Shown here piece after piece: positions 57,438-64,000 of a DNA stretch of 64,000 nucleotides (its first letter is position 1; the number at the start of each line of letters is the position of its first letter). Origin of the DNA: Alphaproteobacteria bacterium (GTDB lineage: Bacteria > Pseudomonadota > Alphaproteobacteria > UBA8366 > JADFVY01); assembly GCA_041584475.1 (NCBI GenBank), contig JBFHDX010000005.1:1932-65931 (forward strand). Reading direction: 5' to 3'. A model generated the notes under the pieces. The model had not been told where the DNA came from. It searched no databases and saw nothing but the letters and a program-made list of their open reading frames with translations. The translations under genes were made by a program, and so were the position numbers.

Positions 57438-60400
57438 CTACCTGGCGGGCGCAATCGTAACGACATCCATCGAGCCGCGCGCGAAGAACGTCGGCTGGTA
57501 CATGTCCTCCACATAGACGGCCGGCAATTTGTACGTACCCGGGGAGACCGCGCGCACCATGTAGGCGAGGCTGAACTGCCTGCGCGACCGACCCTCGAGC
57601 GCGAGCGCCGCCACGAACCGGTCGTCGCGCAGCTCCGTGTGCCGCGTGCGGCTGAGATCCGGCAGCCAGCGCATCTCGTCCGTGTCGCGTCCCCCCTCGA
57701 GGCTTGCGTTCTCGAGCTCGAACCCGGCCGGCAACAGGTCGACCACCATGGCCTGATGGTCGAGCCCGGTGATCGCCTCACCGTTGATGAGACCGACGAG
57801 AACATCACCCTGGCGCAGCTCGTCGAGGTCCGCGCGCTTGCCGTCGAGCGTGTAGAACGCACGGGTTACGCTGAATCCTTCGCGCTCCGCCCGCAGCTCG
57901 TCGCGCGGCACGCCGGTCAGGGTGACGCCCTGCCACAGCGGCTCGTCACCGTGGTTCGCGAGGTCGACGCCGTCGCGCAGCATTTCCGCGTCGAACCGCA
58001 GATAGACCGGTCTCGTGCTCTGCGGCAACGATCTTCCGGCGACGCTGACACGGACGGTTCCGGCCTCGCCCAACGCGCTTGCGGCAAGCAGCATCCAGGC
58101 CTTTTCCTGCGTGCTGAGATAGCGGGTCCGTCCCGCGCGTTCCGTCAGTTCCTGCACGACCGGTCCCCAGTCGCCGAGTTCGATGTTGGCGTAGGCCGAG
58201 AGATAGACGGTGGCGGCCATGTCCCGCAGGCCGGTGCCGTAATCCCAATACCACCAATCGCCCCAAAAGCGGCGCCCGCGATCCCATGACCGGCTCGCCG
58301 CACCGAGCGCCGATTCCGCGCGCTGGCGGTCGCCCGCGAGCGCCAGGGCGGCGCCGAGCTGGGCCCGAGCGAGCGCCGTCGGGACGCTGCCGAGATAGAC
58401 GTCGTGCACGTATCGCAGATCCGAAATGCGCACTTCCCCCGCGCGTGTGAGCACATAAAGCGCGTAGATGCGGGACGGCAGGTTGGCGCGGCTGTAATCG
58501 GCCGTCCGCACGCTGCCCGCCAGCCAGTTGATACCGCGCCGGTACGGATAATCCGGCACCGGATAGTCGAGCTCCCGCGCCTGCGTCAGGAAATCCATCA
58601 CATAGGCGCTCAGCCATTCCTCGCGATCGCTGGTCGGGCTCCACAGGCCGAACGAGCCGTCGGAGCGCTGCATCGCCAGGACGCGGCGCACTGCCTTCTG
58701 GACCTTGGCTCGCAGTGCCAGCGCATCCTCGGCGATACCAAGCGATGCGGCCACTTCGCCGACATAGAGCAGCGGCAGAGCCCGGCTCGTGGTCTGCTCG
58801 ACGCAGCCATAGGGATACCGGTCGAGCGATTTGAGCAGCTCCGCGAGGTCCATCTGCGGCCGCGTGCTCAACGTGACGAGCACTTCACCGGTGCCCGGTA
58901 CGAAATCTTCCAGCAGATCGCCGCTGAGCGTCTGCCGCTGCCGGGACTGCAGGCGGCGCACGACCTGTCGCGTGAGCACGGTCTGTGCAGGACGCACGGC
59001 GATATCCCAGTTGCGTTCGAGCCGCATCCCCTGCGGCCCCTGGATGACGAGCGCAAGGCCCCCGGTGCCGACCCGCTCACCAGTAAGGCTGAACGCCAGA
59101 TCGCTGCGTGCGTCCCGTTCCAGCGTGAGCGACGTTCCGCCGCCCCGCGCATCGACCGCACCAGAGGATTTCAGCGACACCCGGTAGGCGCCCGCCGGCC
59201 CGTCGACATTGTGCAATGCGACGGTCACCCGGCTCTCGTCGCCGGGTGCCAGAAAGCGCGGCAGCGTCACCTGGCTGACCACGGGATCGCGCACGAGCAT
59301 CGGCGCGTCGGCGGAACCCACCTTGTCGCGGCTCCAGGCAACCGCCATCAGCCTCAGCCGGCCGTTGAAGTCTGGAATCTCAAGGGGAATACGCGCCTGC
59401 CCGTCCGGTCCGACCGCGATGATTCCGGAAAACAGCGACACGGTCTTGACGCTGCTCGCGTCGAGCCCGCCGAGATGACGGCCCTCGGCCGCCTCATCGC
59501 CGCCCTGGCGGATCCTCGCCGGTCCGCCTTCGGCGGCGCGGATCAGGTGACCGTAGGCATCGCGTATGGCCACGCCGAGGCGCCTCTTGCCGTAATACCA
59601 GGTTTCGGGCGAAGGCGTCTCGAAGCCGGTGAGCTGTAATATCCCCTCGTCGACCGCGGCGAGCGTCAGATACGCCCGTCCACCCGCGGCGATGCCGGCG
59701 ACCGTCACCGGGATCTCGACCGTCTGGCGCGGCAGAATGCGCTCCGGGGCAGCGATCGTCACTTCGAGGGTCCGGTCGCTGTGGTCGCGCGCCAGCCAGG
59801 CAACGCCGATCGCGCGCGCCGGCTGGTGTTGTTCGCCCTTGCCGGCGGTACGGAACAGCGTTGCCGTGACGTAGGCGCCGGCGTCCCACGCTTCCTTGAC
59901 CGGCAGCGAAACCACGGTCCCCTCGCGCGGGACGTCGAGATCACGCGTCTCGTAGACCCGTCCGCCGGCGACCGTCAGCAGCACGCGCCCGGCAAAGGGC
60001 GGCCTGATATGCACCTTGGCAACGTCACCCACCCGGTATTTCTCGCGATCGAGCGACAGGTCCAGCGTGTCGGGCACGTCTGCCGCAACCGGCGACGAGA
60101 ACCAGCCGACCCGGAATCGCACACTGGTCGCAGCCTTGCCTTCCGGATCGTGGATTTCCAGTCGATATCTGCCCCAATCCAGCGTGAAGGCGAGACGCGC
60201 CGGCCCGCTCGCCGCGCTGAGCGAACCCGAATCGATCGTCGTCTCGTCGATCAGTACACGGTAGTCCCAGCGGTCGTCACGGGTGAACCAGTGGTACCGC
60301 CAGGTCTCCTCGAGCAGCTCGTAGACGAGCCCCTCCGTGGACGTTGTCGCACCGGCGGCATCCACGGCAACGATGTCGAAAGCGGCTTCCTGCCCCTGTT

Positions 60401-62204
60401 CGACCGACGCATCGCCAAAGCCCGGCCGGATGCCGATCATGCGCTCGCGGGAGCGGACCGGAAGACTGACCGTGCGTGCGACGGCGCGCCCGCCGGTCTC
60501 GGCGACCGCAAGCCGTACCAGGGCTCTCAGGGGGCGGGTGGTCTGGGGTGCCTCGTCGAGCCCTACCGGGATCGTTGCCCGGCCGTCGGCATCGGTCCTG
60601 ATCTCGGGCAGCGCCTCGCGGCGGGGGCGCCACTCCTCCTGGACGAGTCCGAACTTGTACCCGCGCAGCTCCGGATAGGGCTGCAGATCCTCCTGCAGCA
60701 CGATTTCCCCCTCGACGGGGAGATCCGATGCCGGCGCGCCGTAGAGGAATCTGGCGGTCAGTGCGACCTCGTTGTCGCTGCGTGGCGTCAACACCGGCAG
60801 CTTCGGCTCCAGCGTGACCTCCATGCGTTCGGGCACGAAATCCTCGACCTGGAAATGCCCGCGTCCGACCGGCGGCGCCTCGGGATCGACGAGGGCCTCC
60901 ACGGACCAGCGGCCCGTGCGTGCCGACGCGGACAGCGGCAACACCAGATGGCGGGCGCCCTCGCTTGCGTCGTCCGTCATCAGGACACTGTCATGTTCGG
61001 TGCCGTCCGGCCTGCGAATTCGCAACGTCAGCGGCAGCTCGTCGAGCGACAGGGCGCGCTCGTCGCGCAACATGGCGACGATATTGACGGTCTCGCCCGG
61101 CCGGTAGACGCCGCGCTCGGTGTACACGAAGGCATCGATCGGCCCGGCGCTGGGACGGCCGCCGACCCCGCGATCGGTCAGATCGAATGCCGGCCGCGTC
61201 AGGTCGAGAAAGCTGAAGGCGCCCGAAGGTCCGAAAGCCATCACCGCCCCGGGCGCCGCGCCGCCACGGCCGCGCAGCAGCCCCGGATCGAAGCGCGCCG
61301 CGCCGGCGGCATCGGTGGTCCCGCGGCCGAGGATTTCGTTGTTGCGCGCGACGAGGCGAACGTCGAGACCGGCCAGCGGCCGTGCCGACTGCAGCGAGCG
61401 CAGGAACACGTGCATGCCGTCACTGCCCGCATGGCTGGTCAAGCCGATGTCGGTTACCACCATCCACTGCGTCGCTTCGTAATAGACGTAGCCTTCGCGC
61501 TCGGCCTTGGGGATCGCCATCACGACGTAGATGCCGGGTTCCGGCTCCTTGAGAATCTCACCGACCGGCAGTGCCGTGCTGACCTTGCGGTTCTTCTCCG
61601 CCGGGATATCGATGGTTCCCTGCCAAACCAGCTCACCGTTCAGCGACGCGATGCGATCGGCATCCCAGCGCGACAGCAAGCTGCTCACGCGCCCCTGATT
61701 GATCTCGTTGACGAGGTTGCGGTCATTGATACGCAGGATCTTGACGGTTGCCTCGGCAACGTTGACCGCGTCGAGGGGCAACTCGCGCCTGCCACGGCCC
61801 GGGAGGATATAGGCGTTGCCCTGGAAGCTCAGACTTGGCTTGCGATCGGGGACCGAAACGTTGAACCGCTGCGTCTCTTCGAGCGATTTACCCGCGGCGT
61901 CCGGCAATCCCACCAAGAGCGTCGTGACATAGAGCTGGCCGTGTCCGACGCCGGCGGCGCACAAGCGCGTACCTCTGGCCGAGAAATCCGCCGCGAACTC
62001 AGGCTCGAACCGGATATAGTCGCCGTAGCGGACGCCGCCGCTCTCGTCCAGCGGGCGGCTGAACTGGAAACAGACGCGCGGCGTGTCCGTCTCCGACTCA
62101 ACGAAGACGTCGAGGAAGCGCAACTCGTCCCGCGCCGCCAAGGCCGGCGCAGTCAGAAACAGCAGAACCAGCGACCCGAGCAGCATCCTGCCAAACGTCG
62201 TCAT
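57438..62204 (-). CDS. Bacterial alpha-2-macroglobulin family protein (YfhM-like) with thioester motif
   Basis: About 1588 aa from MTTFGRMLLGSLVLLFLTAPALA (signal). Thioester motif GCVEQT (CVEQ codons at 58794..58805). Immediately upstream of pbpC. Confidence 0.88.
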   Translation of the reverse strand: MTTFGRMLLGSLVLLFLTAPALAARDELRFLDVFVESETDTPRVCFQFSRPLDESGGVRYGDYIRFEPEFAADFSARGTRLCAAGVGHGQLYVTTLLVGLPDAAGKSLEETQRFNVSVPDRKPSLSFQGNAYILPGRGRRELPLDAVNVAEATVKILRINDRNLVNEINQGRVSSLLSRWDADRIASLNGELVWQGTIDIPAEKNRKVSTALPVGEILKEPEPGIYVVMAIPKAEREGYVYYEATQWMVVTDIGLTSHAGSDGMHVFLRSLQSARPLAGLDVRLVARNNEILGRGTTDAAGAARFDPGLLRGRGGAAPGAVMAFGPSGAFSFLDLTRPAFDLTDRGVGGRPSAGPIDAFVYTERGVYRPGETVNIVAMLRDERALSLDELPLTLRIRRPDGTEHDSVLMTDDASEGARHLVLPLSASARTGRWSVEALVDPEAPPVGRGHFQVEDFVPERMEVTLEPKLPVLTPRSDNEVALTARFLYGAPASDLPVEGEIVLQEDLQPYPELRGYKFGLVQEEWRPRREALPEIRTDADGRATIPVGLDEAPQTTRPLRALVRLAVAETGGRAVARTVSLPVRSRERMIGIRPGFGDASVEQGQEAAFDIVAVDAAGATTSTEGLVYELLEETWRYHWFTRDDRWDYRVLIDETTIDSGSLSAASGPARLAFTLDWGRYRLEIHDPEGKAATSVRFRVGWFSSPVAADVPDTLDLSLDREKYRVGDVAKVHIRPPFAGRVLLTVAGGRVYETRDLDVPREGTVVSLPVKEAWDAGAYVTATLFRTAGKGEQHQPARAIGVAWLARDHSDRTLEVTIAAPERILPRQTVEIPVTVAGIAAGGRAYLTLAAVDEGILQLTGFETPSPETWYYGKRRLGVAIRDAYGHLIRAAEGGPARIRQGGDEAAEGRHLGGLDASSVKTVSLFSGIIAVGPDGQARIPLEIPDFNGRLRLMAVAWSRDKVGSADAPMLVRDPVVSQVTLPRFLAPGDESRVTVALHNVDGPAGAYRVSLKSSGAVDARGGGTSLTLERDARSDLAFSLTGERVGTGGLALVIQGPQGMRLERNWDIAVRPAQTVLTRQVVRRLQSRQRQTLSGDLLEDFVPGTGEVLVTLSTRPQMDLAELLKSLDRYPYGCVEQTTSRALPLLYVGEVAASLGIAEDALALRAKVQKAVRRVLAMQRSDGSFGLWSPTSDREEWLSAYVMDFLTQARELDYPVPDYPYRRGINWLAGSVRTADYSRANLPSRIYALYVLTRAGEVRISDLRYVHDVYLGSVPTALARAQLGAALALAGDRQRAESALGAASRSWDRGRRFWGDWWYWDYGTGLRDMAATVYLSAYANIELGDWGPVVQELTERAGRTRYLSTQEKAWMLLAASALGEAGTVRVSVAGRSLPQSTRPVYLRFDAEMLRDGVDLANHGDEPLWQGVTLTGVPRDELRAEREGFSVTRAFYTLDGKRADLDELRQGDVLVGLINGEAITGLDHQAMVVDLLPAGFELENASLEGGRDTDEMRWLPDLSRTRHTELRDDRFVAALALEGRSRRQFSLAYMVRAVSPGTYKLPAVYVEDMYQPTFFARGSMDVVTIAPAR

Positions 62205-62396
62205 GAGACATCCCCTTGTCGTCATCCACCCGAACGCGGGTTGCGATCGAAAGCATCCGCTCCAATCCAGGCAGACTGATGGCATTTGCTGGGCAACCCC
62301 GGAATGCGGTCGACTGCCTGAATTCCAGCGAAATTTAGCTTTCGCGACCTAAGGAGAGGTTAAGGGCAGCGACGTGCAGGCCCGTCCGATCGTGCA

Positions 62397-62789
62397 TCAG
62401 CCGGCACGATCGAGAAACACGTAGAGCCGAACGTCCCACTCTCGGAAATGTTCGATGAGCCATAGCTCGATGTCGCCCACGAACGCCGAGGGTTGATGCC
62501 CGCCCCGTTTCACCGCCAACAGCTCGAGATCGACGCGCCGTAGCAATCGCTCATGCTGTTCGACGTGGCGGTCGATGTCATCGAAGCGGGCGGCGCGCAT
62601 CGCGTCCTCCTCGACGGCGAAGTGCGAGGTGAAATGCGACAGGATGCGCCCGAGCGCTGCGGCGGCGGCATCGGGCGTTTCGCTCTCCCAAGACCTGGAA
62701 TAAAGCTCGTTGAAGAGATCAACGAGCTTTCGGTGCTCGTAATCGGCCGACGGTATGCCGATCTCGAGGTCGGACTTCCACTCGATCAT
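62397..62789 (-). CDS. Hemerythrin-like (bacteriohemerythrin) protein
   Basis: 130 aa. MIEWKSDLEIGIPSADYEHRKLVDLFNELY, HF..EE..M, H..QH..L and W...H. iron-ligand His/Glu pattern. Confidence 0.8.
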   Translation of the reverse strand: MIEWKSDLEIGIPSADYEHRKLVDLFNELYSRSWESETPDAAAAALGRILSHFTSHFAVEEDAMRAARFDDIDRHVEQHERLLRRVDLELLAVKRGGHQPSAFVGDIELWLIEHFREWDVRLYVFLDRAG

Positions 62790-63014
62790 GTCGGCTACTC
62801 CATGCTGCGCGTGCGCAAGTCACCGACGGTGTCCGCTTGACGCCGCCGGTCGCTCGGTGCCTCCATGTCGCGAGACCAAGTGCCGGTATACATTCGCATC
62901 CGGCCGGTCGTGGATGAAGTATACTACGAATTCGTGGTTTCGGGCAGGTAGCGGATCACCTATGTATGGAAGCAGTTACAGCAGACCCCGGAATTCCGGG
63001 ATACGGTGCGATTC

Positions 63015-63941
63015 ATGACGCATTCCACGCCCGAGTCGGTCGACGACACACTGGCGCTGCTGCGCGCGGGCGATTATGTCGCCGACCGCAGCCTGGCGAC
63101 CGCGCTTTATCTGTCGCTCAGCCTCACGCGGCCGCTCTTCCTCGAGGGCGAGGCCGGTGTCGGCAAGACCGAAATCGCGAAGGTGCTTGCCCGCACGCTC
63201 GGTCGCAGGCTGCTGCGACTGCAATGCTACGAGGGGCTTGACGTCGCCTCGGCGGTCTACGAATGGGACTACCCGCGGCAGATGATCGAGATCCGGCTCG
63301 CCGAGGCGGCGGGTGACCGTGACCGGGGAACGCTGACCGAGGATATCTTCTCGGAACGTTTTCTCATCAAGCGCCCGCTGCTCCAGGCGCTCGAGCCGGA
63401 CGTCGCCGGCCCGCCGGTATTGCTGATCGACGAGCTCGATCGCACCGACGAGCCGTTCGAGGCGTACCTCCTCGAGGTGCTCTCCGATTTTCAGATTACG
63501 GTGCCGGAAATCGGTACGATCCGGGCGAAGCAGCCGCCGCTCGTCGTAATCACGTCGAACCGCACGCGGGAAATCCACGACGCCTTGAAGCGCCGCTGCT
63601 TCTATTATTGGGTGGACTACCCCGACGCCGCGCGCGAACTCGAGATCCTGCGCGTCAAAGTCCCGGGAATCCAGGAGGAGCTCTCCGCCGAAATCGTCGG
63701 GGTCGTACAAAGGCTGAGGGAAATGGACCTGTTCAAGCTGCCCGGCGTGGCCGAGACGATCGACTGGGCGGAAGCGCTGATCCAGCTCGACCGCACCAGC
63801 CTCGATCCCGATGCCATCGACGACACGCTCGGGATCCTGCTCAAATACCAGGATGACATCTCGCGCATTCAGGGCAGCGAGGCGAACCGAATTCTGACGC
63901 AGGTCAAGTCGGAACTCGCCGCCGCGGGGGCGTCGCAGTGA
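63015..63941 (+). CDS. MoxR-family AAA+ ATPase (CoxD-like)
   Basis: Walker A GEAGVGKT, Walker B LLIDELDR, VVITSNRTREIHDALKRRC. Alternative start at 63006. Confidence 0.88.
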   Translation: MTHSTPESVDDTLALLRAGDYVADRSLATALYLSLSLTRPLFLEGEAGVGKTEIAKVLARTLGRRLLRLQCYEGLDVASAVYEWDYPRQMIEIRLAEAAGDRDRGTLTEDIFSERFLIKRPLLQALEPDVAGPPVLLIDELDRTDEPFEAYLLEVLSDFQITVPEIGTIRAKQPPLVVITSNRTREIHDALKRRCFYYWVDYPDAARELEILRVKVPGIQEELSAEIVGVVQRLREMDLFKLPGVAETIDWAEALIQLDRTSLDPDAIDDTLGILLKYQDDISRIQGSEANRILTQVKSELAAAGASQ

Positions 63942-64000
63942 CCGCGACCTTCGGCAGAAGCCTGCTGTCGGCCAACATCATGCAATTTGCGCGTACGTTG
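63938..64000 (+). CDS. VWA-domain CoxE-like protein, N-terminal fragment (continues beyond window end)
   Basis: GTG overlaps the MoxR stop (GTGA). VTATFGRSLLSANIMQFARTL resembles the usual N-terminus of CoxE/VWA partners of MoxR ATPases. Confidence 0.5.
   Translation, partial: MTATFGRSLLSANIMQFARTL

Noticed and set aside
57437-57862. N-terminal extension of the pbpC ORF to 57862 (849 aa)
   Set aside because: The extension overlaps the 3' end of the A2M gene in another frame and is Arg/Ser-rich. The MMSGRAPEF start at 57436 gives a normal membrane anchor and the GT51 domain.
58404-62279. ORFs 58404..59639(+) and 59781..62279(+) (832 aa) antisense to the alpha-2-macroglobulin gene
   Set aside because: Shadow ORFs in GC-rich DNA. 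The minus strand encodes a continuous A2M protein with signal peptide and thioester motif.

Overview
High-GC chromosomal segment, most likely from an alphaproteobacterium. That assignment rests on gene order only: tig-clpP-clpX-lon-hup-tRNA, glnB-glnA, nuoABCD and a short parE. The canonical G-1/C73 tRNA-His argues for a Rhodospirillales-like lineage rather than the Rhizobiales/Rhodobacterales/Caulobacterales group. I found no transposase, integrase, phage gene, CRISPR array or recognisable defence system. Most of the window is housekeeping: NADH dehydrogenase start (nuoD'-C-B-A), the tig-clpP-clpX-lon-hup proteostasis cluster, four tRNAs (Asp, Val, Leu, His), glnBA, parE, a DEAD-box helicase, dusA, phaC, argC, rplM-rpsI, metY, cutA, pbpC with an alpha-2-macroglobulin, and assorted transporters and hydrolases. 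The stand-out is a three-gene minus-strand cluster at 36840..39010. It encodes (i) a 106-aa secreted protein made almost entirely of NPC/CNPC cysteine repeats. It also encodes (ii) a 383-aa paralog with about 35 Cys in the same repeats, fused to a C-terminal cytochrome P460-like haem domain (CYECH). Gene (ii) contains a perfect 81-bp tandem duplication. Gene (iii) is a Sel1-repeat protein whose start overlaps the stop of gene (ii). I do not recognise this architecture as described. Other points worth a second look:
- a tungsten-type aldehyde:ferredoxin oxidoreductase cluster (AorA/B/C-like plus MoaD-like) divergent from nuo
- a tandem triplication of a lipoprotein gene whose middle copy carries an in-frame TAA
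- a decayed SAM-methyltransferase relic
- an AT-rich islet with an orphan ORF next to tRNA-Leu
- a near-consensus sigma-54 promoter upstream of glnB
All calls come from reading the sequence and the ORF track. No database search was run.
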